Shown: positions 39,131 to 52,767, counted from the stretch's first letter. The stretch: DNA of 52,767 nt from Catajapyx aquilonaris (GCA_000934665.2 KZ538159.1:62001-114767); one strand, 5' to 3'. The notes: generated from the letters alone by a model not told the origin. A program made the numbers and translations.

Positions 39131-39700
39131 TTTGCTATAGAAGCCTTTGAAATCGTAATATTTCGGGCTAACCCCAAGTGGTGAATGTAAAGCTGACAGT
39201 GCTTTAGTGTACGGAACATGTGTGTGCATCTGTTATGTGCTGAATGCATGTGTGTGTATGTCACGTCAAGGCTATGCATAACTGGAGTTGAACCCAGACG
39301 AAAATTTATACGGCGAATTCCCCGGAGCATTGTCAGTAATCGGATTCAACTGAAGTGCATTTCACTCACAACAATCCTGATATATTTCTCTCCAGAATCT
39401 CCAAAATTATTACCCCCCACTCAACTCTTAAAGCTATAACACCTGGGGTGTTAAAACAGTGTCAACACTATACACCCCCACACTATTCATCCACCACACC
39501 CTTTGAGTTATTTGTATACATTAATGAGGTCATAACCACCAGTGTATTTGGCCAAGCATGTCCAAGAGGATTACACATTGATCATGTGCTGCATGGAAAA
39601 CAAAGCGATGACTGGTGGGCCAAAATACATTTTTTCTCCCGTCATAATGAAAAAGGGGGTATGTGTAGAGTTTGGACAAAGGTGGTCCTGATCGTTGAGT
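39131..39700 (-). pseudogene. LRP-fossil remnants: YWTD-like (39530-39700) and EGF-like (39131-39271)
   Basis: FHYDGRKNVFWPT...VILLDMLGQIHW; HNRCTHM in an AG/GTAAGC-bounded segment. Confidence 0.45.
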
Positions 39701-40044
39701 GAATGATGGAAGGGCACTACACCGCACCATGCCAGCTAATCCGCCAATACACATACAATACTTGAAAGCTCTACGTCATACCAAAGTGTTTCATAATCTG
39801 CGGGATTAATATCGGCGTGAATGGTTCCGGCCTTCTGTCAACTGGAAGCACTTTTGCTTCCTGTGCTGATGGATTTCTGGTGCGGTTTTCACTGCCAATA
39901 CCCGCCCTCTATGAATATGGCGCCAATGGTGATTTTTTGGCTCCATCTATTGTGTGTTTAGCTGCTTGGGCGTCTGGTGTTTGTACATGCGATGCACCAC
40001 TTTGAACTAACTAGCCTCGCACCAGGCTGCTTAAACAAACTCAA

Positions 40045-40226
40045 GCCTCCTCCCAGGCCTACCACGTGGTAGGCCTGGGAGGAGGCGAAGAAATTGACGA
40101 TTATTTCGAATTTCATCAATGGTTTCTCACCAGATGGCGTTGGTATAGTACTATTCCTACATCTGGTGAGAAACAATTGATGAAATTTGAAATAATCGCC
40201 CAGGCCTACCACGTGGTAGGCCTGGG
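40045..40226. repeat. Triple-hairpin cassette: palindrome, hairpin, palindrome
   Basis: Perfect 42-bp palindrome 40045-40086; 39-bp arms 40098-40136 / 40160-40198 (2 mismatches); 28-bp copy of the first palindrome at 40199-40226. Confidence 0.93.
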
Positions 40227-41752
40227 AGGAGTAAATTCGAATTAATCTCCAAATTTCCAAATTTTCTGAACCATGTTGAAGCACCATACTGCATGAACCT
40301 TACACTTCTATGAAACTCGACTCCTCCACTTGTGGTGGTCTGGAGAAGACTTTTGGGAGGGGGAAGGGAGGGGAATTCCTGGATGGGACGTGGATCCCAT
40401 GTTTATAGGTCCTAATGGAGGGTAGGAAAAGCTAGGGAGGGGTTGAAGAGCTTTATCTAGGCGATGATGGACAAAAGCTGGCGTTTTGGAGGAGCAACGC
40501 CCAGAAACATCTTCCATGCATTTTATGAATTTTAAGGAATCAGTAAATTTATTTGTAATAAGCTGCAGCGAAACTGTTCTTCGCGACTCTCTCGTGGCAA
40601 ATATTTTTTCTTTGAATTGATTTTAGGCGGGAAAAGAGCTACGCCCCTGCTCCTTGTAATTGGTGCCCAGCCGTAAACGAGCCTTAATTAGGCACGTTCG
40701 GCGAAACTTGTTGCGCAACCGTGTGATTGAGACTCCGCAACTCAGCCACCCCCAAAAGAGACCTGCGCCGTCGGAAAACCCCTGTTCCTGATATTCCGGC
40801 TTAGGTACTTCAGTCGGCCGTGGGTCGTCCGGCCAATCAGAAGCAGTAGAAGAACCCTGGTTCTAGAGAGCCCGGGTTAACCAGACACAGAAGCAACCAC
40901 GCTCCAGCCACGCGCACATGTGTCTCGTACATACCCAAGCCATGTGACTAGCCCACTATGGAGTAAGTACCTGATGAAATATTCATTCAATTTTAGACGA
41001 CTAATTTTTGCATAATGCGTTGAAATTCTGGGGAGTTGAAAATTTGTCTCTTGAGAGTGCTTTTCAAGAAGTTGGGTTTTTTGTGCTTGTTTTTCTTTTG
41101 GCTTCTGGGTTGGGGAGGATGGGAAAAGCTTTTTCCATCATGTCAGCCCTTCCTGACCTACCCTGTGTCTCTTTAGGGTATATAAAAAAAATGAAATTAA
41201 ACAGCCGGGGTTACTGGGTTATGGGACGGGCCTAAAGAATAGAAAAAAAACTTATCTTGGGGTTGATGTAATTACCCGCCAAAAATGCCAGGAGACAACC
41301 CAAACTCATAAATTCTGGTTGTGAAAGTTTGGGGGATGACATATGTGGGGGGACATTTTTTTGTGGGACAGAAGTTTGAATGTGTCCCAGTTTGACGGGA
41401 CGGAATATTTTAAACTGTCGTTTGACCTCTAGTCAAACCACACTGCGGTTCTTTCTAGCGTTGATTACGCGTACTAATCAAGGGCTGATTTGCATGCACA
41501 TTTTTAGGGGGCTAATCGAAAGCTAGAGGTTACTGATTGCGGGACAACTAGTCTGTTGACATGCAATAGTCTACTAGTAGGGTTTGATATGCACGTTACT
41601 GAAATTGCATAAATTTATGCACATATTAGCCAAGTGCATAAAATTATGCACCTAATAAATATTTTTTATGCGATTAGACTATAAATTTTGAGTCTTAATA
41701 TGCATTAAGTAGTGTAATAATTCACACCAAGTTTTCATTGGCATAATTAAAC

Positions 41753-41990
41753 CTGAAGCAATCCACGTTGCGCCCCTAGACTTTGCATATGATGCCTGTG
41801 GAATGATAATCGCCAACCTGTAATAGGCCGAGCCAGAAATCCGCAAAATTCATAGCACATTGCTGGGGTAACGATTTCAGTCCCATCATCCAGCAGTTGA
41901 GTTACGAGTACCCTATATATGTAGCTAGCTATATGCCCGGGGAGGTGTATGTGTATGGTATGGGATGTTGGAAATTGGAGTAAAGGACAG
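41753..41990 (-). pseudogene. LRP-fossil remnant: YWTD blades
   Basis: IYRVLVTQLLDDGTEIV...GFLARPITGWRLSF vs IxRxxLDGT...GLAVDPxxGxLYW. Confidence 0.5.
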
Positions 41991-43629
41991 GGCTCGGGAA
42001 ATCGTGAAAGCAGCAAGAGAGGTGTAAGGTGTCGACATAACCCGAGCATGACCAGGTGTGAAATTGAGTTGGCAGAGCGAGGGAATTTCAAACAAGCGGC
42101 GCGGAAATCAAATTTCAAAGGCGTTTCTCTCGCAACTGAGACACCCATTCCACGACGTAATATTCCTTCGGTTGAAAGAGAGAAAAAAAAAAATTCTTAA
42201 AATCTGAGAAACTGGTGTCTTACCCCGTTGTTATAGAAAATGTAATGGGTTCAATATCCGAATATGCAAAAATCTGATTCCATATTTTTTAAAAAATAAT
42301 TACCTATTCCGGACTTGGTAAGAAGCTACTTTGCCAAGTTAGGGATCGATAGATGTCGATATTTTGATAAGGTTCTGGGAGGGTTTGCTGAAGATTTTTT
42401 TTTTCTTCTAAGATGTTGAGGGGGGTGTAAGGCGAAAAGTAGGTGTGGTGAAACTCGATTCGGCCGGTGGTTGACAGCAAGGGAGATAGGCCATTAGTCT
42501 GCTACTCTACTACTCGATCGTAGTAAGAGTAATAGTATTTTGATGTCCTTGACCGGTCGTGCGTGTCTAGACTTTTTTCCCTAGAGGGCAAACTGTAATT
42601 TTGGAAAAGTTCAATTCGGGTTCCGAAATAACTCAGCGTCTATTAATTTTTAAACGAGATTCATAATTTATGCTGAGGGAATGGCGGATAGAACCATCGA
42701 TTTCGACGACTGCTATTTGCGTGCATCGGAACCAACCTTTCGGATATATCATAGGGTCTAATGTGGCTGATAGCAATGAAGATTTTCAATTTTCCGGTTA
42801 CGCTATCGCATGCTAAAGACTAGAATATGTTACTAGAAAGGTATATTTATCGAATTTTTTGGCTTATATACTGTACTCATATGATGTGTGTAGTAAAACC
42901 AATTTTTAATATTAAATATATTGTGGGGTCACTATAGCTAGTGCATTGCATTACATCCAATCGGGTTGAAAAATCTGTTATATTTTATTCATGAACCTCA
43001 ATCATTTTTATCGTACATACTTGCATTTCCTGAATTGACAGCCGTAGCTGTGATATCACTGCACCATACTTAACGTCAAGGTTATTTATCAAATAATGAT
43101 CATATCGATTGTACTTGCATCCGATTCTAAAAATTCACACCCCCTCACCCACAAGAAAATAAAACTAACCATAAGTCCAAACCCAATCCCCCCAACCATG
43201 GCCACCTGAATATTTAACACCAATCGTTCAATATTGGATAAAGATCCCCCCTCCACCACCACCCCCTACCTTCCCCATCCCCTCGGTTCAAGTTCCGTAA
43301 TGCAAATAAATCACCGCATAATATATCCCCCAGTTCCTTTCACCGAAAGCCAATTTTTTCCTTCTTCTTCTTCATGCCCGTACTCTCCGTGTTAACTTTC
43401 CCGGAGGCAAACCCCGGAGATTTTTCGGCTTGGTGCTCCGGAAAGAGAGGGGCTTCTGCTGCCGCATATTAATTCCTCTTCGACAAGTATATGCATAAGG
43501 GAATACCTCCAGAAAAAAAGTGAACAACCCTTGTCGATTCTCACGTGCTGAGTGGGTTAGTCCTGTTCGTGTCCCTGCATGTAGTAAGAGAAGGGGGTGG
43601 TCGGATTTTTGGCATATTGGGAAAACAAG

Positions 43630-43824
43630 ACAGTTCCCTGGTGCCCAACAAGGCATCAATATTTGATGCTCGATGACGCCCTTCGTGCTCGAGCTGAGTG
43701 TGTTTACTTTGCCATTTATCTGCGGATGGTATGGTATCTACAAGTACATGGAGGGGTGTAAAAGAAATTTGCGTACAAATCGGCTTGGGTTGACTATTTC
43801 TAGGAGTAGGCACATCTTGAGTGT
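43630..43824 (-). pseudogene. LRP-fossil remnant: YWTD blade
   Basis: After an AG: RNSQPKPICTQ...HRASNIDA (cf. NLxxPRxI...ERANLDG). Confidence 0.4.
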
Positions 43825-43850
43825 CTGTATGGTAATATTATGCAATATTA

Positions 43851-44246
43851 CAGGTGTGATTCAAATTCAGACGTTCTCAGGTGTGATTGAAGTTCAGACG
43901 TTCTCGGCTGTAATTGAAGTTCAGACGTTCTCGGCTGTACCGCAATTGAAGTGCATAGACGTTCTCGGCTGTAATCGAAGCTCAGACGTTCTCGGCTGTA
44001 ATTGAAGTTCAGACGTTCTCGGCTGTAATTGAAGCTCAGACGTTCTCGGCTGTAATCGAAGCTCAGACGTTCTCGGCTGTAATCGAAGCTCAGACGTTCT
44101 CGGCTGTAATCGAAGCTCAGACGTTCTCGGCTGTAATCGAAGCTCAGACGTTCTCGGCTGTAATCGAAGCTCAGACGTTCTCAGGTATAATTGAAGTTCA
44201 GACGTTCTCAGGTGTGATTCAAATTTAGGCGTTCTCAGGTGTGATT
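43851..44246. repeat. 27-bp minisatellite (TCAGACGTTCTCGGCTGTAATCGAAGC) x~14.5
   Basis: Homogeneous centre; both edges share a CAGGTGTGATT variant. Confidence 0.97.
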
Positions 44247-45709
44247 AAAATCCATGCTAAATTCCATCCCAGTTCTATCACCAGGTCCCATATTTTTGCA
44301 AAAATGTTCCACTTGAGACACACCACTCCTGACAACTCAATTTTTCCAGCGCGACCAAAAACAGTGGCGCGAGGTGACAAAGTGATACTTGTCCTCTCGG
44401 AAATGACTGAAAATTCTCTCCTCCTATGAACAAAAAATATTGGGATAGAAAATGACTGCCATGTTATCCCCCCTCTGCGATTGGAAGGTACTATAAAAAA
44501 ATGGTATATGGTTGGGGGGCAAGGGTTGGGTGGTGGTGAAGCGACAGTAAATAATTTCCCCATCGATTCATGGCGCTTTGTTCCCTGGGATGAGTCGTGG
44601 GTTGTTGGCTTCCTGTGGCGCTCCGGCATTTCCCGAATTCTTGCGCTGCCATGCGGTTGATCCGGGGACCTGCAAAACGGGGACCGACCTCACGCAATTT
44701 CCCATCCGACCCCCTCTAATCTTGCCCACTGAAGCCTATGGGACCCCCCTGTAGGCTCCACTTACCTCACAGGCCTAAATTCAAATCCAAAAGGACCACT
44801 TGGAATTGCGTAAGTGCGTGTGGTATGCCAGGACAACAAGAAGAGGATGTACCAGAGATGTCTTGCCATCTGGCTTGAATTTTGGCTAATAAATATTTTT
44901 AAAATGCGAATATAACACAGATTATAATAAAAATATGACACCTAATCAGTATGCCCATTTTCCCGACATATGAAGTATGTTTTATGTGTACAGCCATAGG
45001 GTGTGATTATGCGTCGCGTGCAACTTATCTGCAATTATCACCGCCTGATCATTCGACCCAATTTTGCAGTAATTAGCAGTCGGCCATCTTGGTTTTTAAA
45101 CTGATAGAATTGTATTTTTTTTTTTTAATAAACACGGTCGCTACTAATCGTATACGTTTAAATTTAAAGATCGGGTCAAAACACAGTAATTGCAATAAAA
45201 TACTAGAAATTAGTCCCATGGGCAGTTTCGTCAATGGGTCACGAGGTCGGCCAATCCGTCAAACTTATCTCACGTCATCTTTTACCCAATAGGAAAATTG
45301 CTCTGGGCAGTGATGAAGGGGGGATCCAGCCTCAAATAAAAGTTGGTCACATGCACCTCTGACCCAATTCACATGACCTTTGCTCCTCTGAAAAAAAAAA
45401 TCCGCGCCATTTTTATTTGTCAACCAGCAAACCTACCCAACCCCACCCAACAAATAACGTATCAGGAGGATAATTTAAGCCGGTCATATAGCCATCACCG
45501 GTTGGTCCTATTCCCCCAGGTGAGTGAGTTGCGACCTGTTTTACGACCTACATCCTACCCCCTTTAAGCTGCCTTCGAGGCCGATCTGCAATTAAGTGCA
45601 CCTAACTGCGCAATCCGGACCCTGCTATTCCTGGGATAATCCGCAGGGGCGGGATCTGTGATTACCTTCAGATTCGGCCAAGCGGGAAACGAATCGGACA
45701 TGCGACTAT

Positions 45710-46399
<690 letters not shown>

Positions 46400-47719
46400 C
46401 TATAAAGAAAAATATATAGCCCCGCGAATGGTTGGCAGGATTAGACCAGGTGATTGGGCTTAGAAGACTTTCTGATCCTCAGGTTCTTCCCCTCAACATT
46501 CCAGCATGCCAAATCCAACCAACTGTGTTTAATAAATCGGCCTAAGTACCTTGAAAAAAGCGTTTGACGCTCGTAAAATCCTGGCAGTCAAAACATTGTC
46601 TTTGGCCCCCTCCTGTTGTTGGCCCGACTCATTATGTCATTAAAAGCTTCTGCAAGACAATTAGCTGTGCATACATAGTTTGCGTACGAGTGCGGTCGTG
46701 ACATGACTGGAGGTCATTAATAACATCTTAGCATGAGAACTTTTCGTAACCGGCGTCACAAGCGTGCTTGAGTAGTGTTCGCTGATTTATATTCCGGGGA
46801 CACTTTATCTATTGGAGTAATAGCCGTTTGTAACCTTCATAGTGTTAGGGTTCGGACGTGGAGACGATAAGAGGGAGTGTCTTGTGCCTTTATATCTACA
46901 ATTTTTTTTATTATAGTCTATGGCACACGATTGAAAATTGTTCCCAGCTCCATCTATAGTGAAATTTTTCGTACTGAACCGCCATATTTTATCCGGTTAG
47001 TTCACACGGCGTCAATTGTGACACAAACGGAGCCTTCCAGAGACAATATTACGATTGTTTTGGTCCTGTCACGCGCGCCCTATTTAATAACAAAATTCGT
47101 GCACCGTAGAATCGTTGAGCACGTGACATCGCGGTTGGCATGGGATTTCCTGGGTAACACCCTTGTCTTTCTAAACAGCACGGAAAGGTAACCCCTTTCG
47201 TAGCAATGACTTTTCAGGCGGTGACAGCCAGAAACGATATGTCACCAGGTCCCAAATAGAAAAATAACGCTGGGTTGAACCATATGTTTTGATTGGTACA
47301 TGGGGCTGATTTCGTACAATTGACGCAATGAAGACAAATGATCGGGGCCGATATCCACTTTGAAAACTTCCTCTTTGCAGACCTTTGCCTTTGACCGGTT
47401 GGGTGTACCCTCAGTATCAGGGCGTGAAAGAAGCGACAATGCGATTCTTGTCACGTGACCCAAATTCCTTTGTAGGCCGTGCGACTTGTCATCGTTCCAT
47501 ATAAAGCAGCCCACAATCTGCTGCTTAGATATTCGGATGTGGCCCAAATAACACCCCTCTTTTCTTCCTAGGCCACGTGACTACAATAGATTTCTCGATC
47601 CGGAAATTTCAAAAAAAAATTGTATGTTTTTTGGGAGCGACTATCACGTGTCGGTATAAATTTTACTCGAATATCAAAGTGCACTTTGAAGCTACATTTT
47701 TTGGTGGAACTTCATCATA

Positions 47720-47995
47720 TGTGGGTGTATCACGTTCCCCCTACTTGACCCCTGAAAGCTGAGAGCTGACAAGTGAGAAGAGTACAGTTTTTGCAAGGGT
47801 AGCCAACATTGTGTGGGGGATATAGAGATCGGTATGTGTGTGTATGTGGTCACGGTTGTATGGGATTTTTACACAGGGCTCGACATAAGTGGGCGGCTAG
47901 GCTGGACTGTTGGAGAAGATGGTTACGTCCATTTATGGCCAACTGGTTTAACCCACGCACTTTCGATGTCATTGAGCCCATTTTTTCCCTCTGAT
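47720..47995 (-). pseudogene. LRP-fossil remnant: YWTD plus EGF start
   Basis: NDIESAWV (cf. KIESAWMDG) and YPCKNCTLLTCQLS (cf. PCxxCSHLCLLS). Confidence 0.5.
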
Positions 47996-48097
47996 CTGGA
48001 TGGTTAGAGGACATGTTGTGTCCTTCGAGCTAATAATTATAAATAAGTCTAATTTTTAAATTTTTGTGTTACAAATTGATAACTTGCAGTCATTTCC

Positions 48098-48165
48098 CGT
48101 GATTTCAGGAGGCCCAAGATGGCCGCTCACATGGGCGCGGCCATCTTGGGCCTCCTGCAATCACG
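48098..48165. repeat. Hairpin, 29-bp arms (1 mismatch), 10-nt loop
   Basis: CGTGATTTCAGGAGGCCCAAGATGGCCGC ... GCGGCCATCTTGGGCCTCCTGCAATCACG. Confidence 0.95.
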
Positions 48166-49167
48166 CACCGTGACCAAAATGAGCAGAATCCACTGATTTT
48201 TCAGCCTAATTTGCTTCTGGCGCCGTTTATTTACACGAGATATTCCAGGCCCGATTATTTCCAGAAAGTATCTAAGATTCGAGCTCATCCTGGCATAAAG
48301 AGCTCATCTAGCACCGGCAATGGCGGCTCCCCCCCCCTTCTTTTGAAAAATCAAAGACAGGGAGGGAAACTAAGATAGGGTATGGCGGGTGTGTTTGGAA
48401 GAGGGTTTGAAACTCCATTAAAACTCTCCCAACGCCCTGCTTTTTCAATGAGGAGTTGTGCAGTAAATAACCCAACCTACACCCCCCCCCCCCNNNNNNN
48501 NNNNNNNNNNNNNNNNNNNNNNNNNNNNNTTTTTCCCCCCCCCCCCCCCCCTATCCATTTTTCTGATGGTGGGGAAAAGTGCAATCACCTTCTTTGTTCT
48601 TTTTGGCGCCATTTTTTTTTTGAAGCACCTTAATGGCCTTAATATTTAGGAGCTGTGTGTTGTTGATGTATAAAAGAGATATCTAGAAGTTGCTAACGAA
48701 TCGGAACCTTTTGTAGTTTTGTGAAGGCGTCAAACAAAAAGTTAAGCTGCTTTTATAACAGTTCTTGGCATTGCCTTTTGTAAAGGGGGGGGGGGGCAGC
48801 ATCAAAACGCAATGTGTTGTAATTATTCTAGTTTTGGGGACGTTGATGAGAGTAATTAATGAGGTTTTGGTTGGTGGTTCGTGTGTGTTAGGTCTGGTTG
48901 CACCAAATGTTTTCTAGGCGGAAAAGAGCCAGAAAATGTTGATAACAAGGGTGATTAGTACATGCCATTTCATGCTTATTAATATGCTTGTATGACCATA
49001 ATTTTGCAGAGGTTTGTGGGAACCGCTTCTAGTGTAATTGAAAGCTACTTCACCTCCTGCATTGTGTTGCATTTTGGGAGGAGGGGTGGGAGGCGGGACA
49101 ATTATCACAGGCAGATTTTGGGGGCACACCATAAACACAAGTGTGGTGCTGTTGTATACCTATATAG

Positions 49168-50223
49168 TATTTTGAGAACCCTAGTATTAGTATCACAGCT
49201 GTTTTCCAGCTATTTTATTACGTTACTGCTTTTGTAAACATGCTGTACTGGCTATGTGGCAGGTTACATGATAGGGGGTTCAGCAGTTTTCATGCAGTTT
49301 TCACATGTCATATATTTGGGTGGAACAATATTAGGCCGCAAGCTTCTGATGGCTTACCTTGTGAAACAGTGTTGCGTCCATTTGATGTACAGTGTTGTTG
49401 CAACTAATTTATTGGACAGCGTGTAGGACATCAGGATGTACAAGGTGTTCCATGTTCACTCTCCGATACAGTTAGGATTTTATGTGCATTATAAAGCAGC
49501 TGCTATAGCTGATCAATATTCTTACGTTGCAGTAGCATGTACACGTACATGAAAAATGTTCAACGGTACAGTAACGCACACTTGATTTTCATCTCTATCC
49601 AGAAATTCAGCTTCTCTAAAACTATTACGTGTTTTTACGTATGTACAGTAGATTTAGTACTAATTACATGTTCAGTACGTATAGGCCTATGGTACGTGAC
49701 AAATGTTTAGTTGGTGTTGTATGCCTACACTATTTTGAGAACGAAAGTATTACAGTAGTATCACATCTGTTGGCGCTATTTCGTTACATTACTATACATT
49801 TGTGAATATATTGTAGGCTACTCAATATAATTATGGCAGGTTATATGATATGGGGTTCAGCGCAGTAAATGTACACGCATGTTACCTTGTGGAACAGTGT
49901 TTGTAAGCTGCTCTAACTTAGTTTCGTGTATTCCATCCAGTTGATGTGCAGTGGACAGATAGTGTGGCATCAGGTTCTTTGGATTAGTGGAAGAAGGCAT
50001 TATTCCAACCAATCTTCAACTCCTCACCTTTACACGTGTGAGCTACGGTAACCGACGTGTACTTTCAATCATTCAGGCTGCACAAGAACAGCATTAACCT
50101 TGGGCAATTATGTGAATTTATGGAACGCAGCTGCTATTAGCTGATTAGTATTCACACATTACAGATGCGTATACATGAAAAATGGTCCGCGGTACAGTAA
50201 CGAGCCCTTGACTGTCACCTCTA
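49168..50223. repeat. Diverged tandem duplication (about 49168-49597 and 49731-50223)
   Basis: Shared colinear anchors TATTTTGAGAAC, GGCAGGTTA.ATGATA.GGGGTTCAGC, TTACCTTGTG.AACAGTGTT, GCAGCTGCTAT, CGGTACAGTAACG. Confidence 0.8.
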
Positions 50224-50339
50224 GCAAGAATTGAAGTAATATTTGGTTAAGTTGACACATTCAAATTAAATTTTGAATTTTTTAGGTTTTATAACACTTT
50301 TTTGTGCCTTTATGACACATGTTGTTGGTTATGCTGAAG

Positions 50340-50942
50340 ATGTCACTCCTTGAAGCAGTCTATAAGATTTACAGTAGATCACAGTGAGACTAAGATTGAA
50401 ATCAGGCAGGTACAGGTAATACGAACATATAGATAAAGCCATGCTGTATTGGTAACATTGAGTTTTATTCACACCTGAGTGATCACTTGACACATTTTTT
50501 CTTTTAGATATTACGTACATAATGCATCATTTAAAAAATAAAGCCAGCGAATTGGTTTTGAAATAGTGTTATTAAAGTGCCGCGTGTCAAAATAGGGGAA
50601 ATTAAAACTGATTTAATTCCTGGATGAAACCTGCTGTCCAAGATCAAGGCGCTAATGCGTGAGCATCAAATATATTATTAACAAGTACCATAACCAATTA
50701 AAAGGGGGAACAGTGAATTTAAGTCAGTAAATGTATGTGACATTTTCTGACAATTATTCTCAATCAGCCCTTAACTTAAAGTAATGAGAGGTCATGTCCA
50801 ACTTGACCGATGGATCCTTCGAGGAATTCGTCACTTCTTTCCTGTTTGGTACTCTGTTACGTAGGTGTGTCCAGCTTGAGTTAGAAGATATCAGATGGTG
50901 TCGGATTGTAGCAGTCAATGTGTGTCTGTCATTACGAGTCAT
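50340..50942 (-). pseudogene. LRP-fossil exons: LDLa-like (50808-50942) and EGF-like (about 50340-50474)
   Basis: 135-bp phase 1-1 exon IDCYN...RSDEF with four stops; SY(fs)TCTC(fs)PDFNL...C. Confidence 0.45.
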
Positions 50943-51214
50943 CTGGGAGGAAATGAGATTGACATTTCAAAAATGATATCGTTAGGTTCATCACTCTCGG
51001 TACAGTACCTGTTCAACTTACTGTTACTGATGTTGCTGGCTTAGGCCCAAAAGATATTACCCAACGTTAATAGCCATCACACGACCATCTAGGTTTGTGT
51101 TTACGTCGACTCCTAAGCCACCTATTCCCCCTTTAAAATGCGAATAAAAATATTGCCATGTATTATGATGTACAATGTAGGTGATTACTTAAAAGCGAAA
51201 ATGTTAAATCTTAC

Positions 51215-51238
51215 CTTGGACATTCCCATCGACCTGTC
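51215..51238 (-). other. 24-nt phase 1-1 micro-exon (G-QVDGNVQ)
   Basis: Polypyrimidine tract plus TAG acceptor; AAG|GTAAGA donor; in frame with the signal-peptide exon. Confidence 0.55.
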
Positions 51239-51447
51239 CTATACCATCCAAAGAAAAGAAAACCAAATTAAAATAGTCGACGGACCCTTTGATTATTCTT
51301 ATAATAACCTACCGGCTGCGATTTACTTCATGATACTGTACTCACATCAGCACAAACGTTCCAAACTGATTTTCAATATATTACCTACTCCACATAAAAT
51401 AGGCTGTTTTCCTGGTAGTCACATAATAGCAAGAATAGACACGGTAC

Positions 51448-51511
51448 CTGCTGTTCTTTCCACAAAGGCCATGAAAAGCACGATAAGGACCAAGAGGCTC
51501 AGGAGAGTCAT
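51448..51511 (-). other. Intact signal-peptide-coding exon, MTLLSLLVLIVLFMAFVERTA(G)
   Basis: AAGATG start context, 15-residue hydrophobic core, small residues at the predicted cleavage site, phase-1 donor CAG|GTACCG. Confidence 0.65.
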
Positions 51512-52767
51512 CTTTGACACGTCTGTTCTAGTTGCTGTACAGGAGAAGCACTAGCTGATCACTATGGCCGAGTCTGCAGAAGGCTCAACTCTTTTCATAT
51601 GCAAATGTGGTTGATTATACACAGATGTGGTGAATATTAGTGAATAGTTTTCTCTCAAGGGGCAATGGTGAACACGTGAACATCAGTGAGTCAGTTTTAT
51701 AGGAATTGTTCTTTTGTGTTTATTAAAAGTTGAAAATGGGAAAATTATCATTTTAACATGCAGTTAACTTGAAATGATGATTGGAGAGATGACTGTTGGG
51801 AGGTATGGCTGGATGAATCTCCAGCGATTCATTCATCTCTATATCACAAAATGCTATTGGAAAGTCTACACATACTGCCTTACAATGACTTCTAGTTTTT
51901 TTTGGCTGTCACATAATTTTATTTAACGTTAATAGTAGTTCGATGCTGAGATGAAGACACGTTGTACCTGCAGTTGCTAACTCCTGGTAGTACATGTAAA
52001 TTTCAAGTAAATGAGATGAAATGATGCAGTGAAAAGTGAAAGGCACTTCAGTAAAATTGCTTTATCTTTTAAAACCTTCACTGAGATTTATGTGGCATTG
52101 CTTAATCTTGTTATTTATTCCATTATTGGCGGGTTGCACCGGCTCTCGAAAAGATGTTTCCGCCCGGAAAGTAGAACAAATCCAGTCGAATAGTTCGAAA
52201 AGTGTTGCACCGCCACCCGAATTCCGTTTCCAGGCGCCTTTTCGATCGAATACTTTTACCCCACCCCGAACGGGCCGAATAGTGACTATTCGGGTCGAAA
52301 AGTTGTTCGGTGGCTGAAATTCAAGATGGCCGCCGGGCACTGACCTCGAAGGTTATCCCCGTTCGATCCCGAGGATTCAACCCTGCAGGAGGTGTTATTC
52401 CCCGCCCGTTCATTCAGATCAGGTGAGCGATGATTGCGCACACATAAATTTCCATGAATTTAGTTTAATTTAATTTAAATTAATTAAAATCGAAAAACAC
52501 GTATATTTCACCACTTTTTTGGGGGCCTAAAGTATGTTTCAAGGGCAAGCACTCACTAGTCTTATTCTTCATTGCTTCCAATTATATTTATAAATTATTG
52601 TGGTGCATTTGGGCAGCAGAATTTAGGTACGAGGAAATATAAATGAAGTCATTCAGGGGAAATACATAGAGCTATGCAGAGCTAACAAGTAATAATTTTG
52701 CCATAGTGCAGGATGTGTACTGGTACGGCAGTTATGTCTGCAAACTTATTGAAATAGACCAAAACTT

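Noticed and set aside
39355..39702. Plus-strand QACPRGLHI EGF-like motif
   Set aside because: Isolated and on the opposite strand. It shows single motif matches can arise by chance, so the LRP call rests on number, order and strand consistency.

Overview
Eukaryotic (animal-like, probably invertebrate) genomic DNA. It has spliceosomal GT-AG introns, a tRNA-derived SINE, many MITE/fold-back palindromes, minisatellites and small assembly gaps. Only one gene looks intact: a 3-exon minus-strand gene (13477-10158, about 952 aa) encoding a low-complexity S/P/Q-rich protein with a DSGxxS degron, a YEEI motif and an SH3-ligand motif; I do not recognise the family. The main hidden signal is on the minus strand. 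Reading short segments by hand gives a colinear chain of more than 30 heavily decayed exon remnants across almost the whole window (about 51.5 kb down to 0.6 kb): an intact signal-peptide exon, then LDLa-, EGF- and YWTD beta-propeller-like segments full of stops and frameshifts. I interpret this as the fossil of a giant LDL-receptor-family (LRP1/LRP2-scale) gene, with the intact gene nested on the same strand inside it. All domain calls are by-eye motif matches; no database search was run. Remnant coordinates are approximate unless splice sites are quoted.
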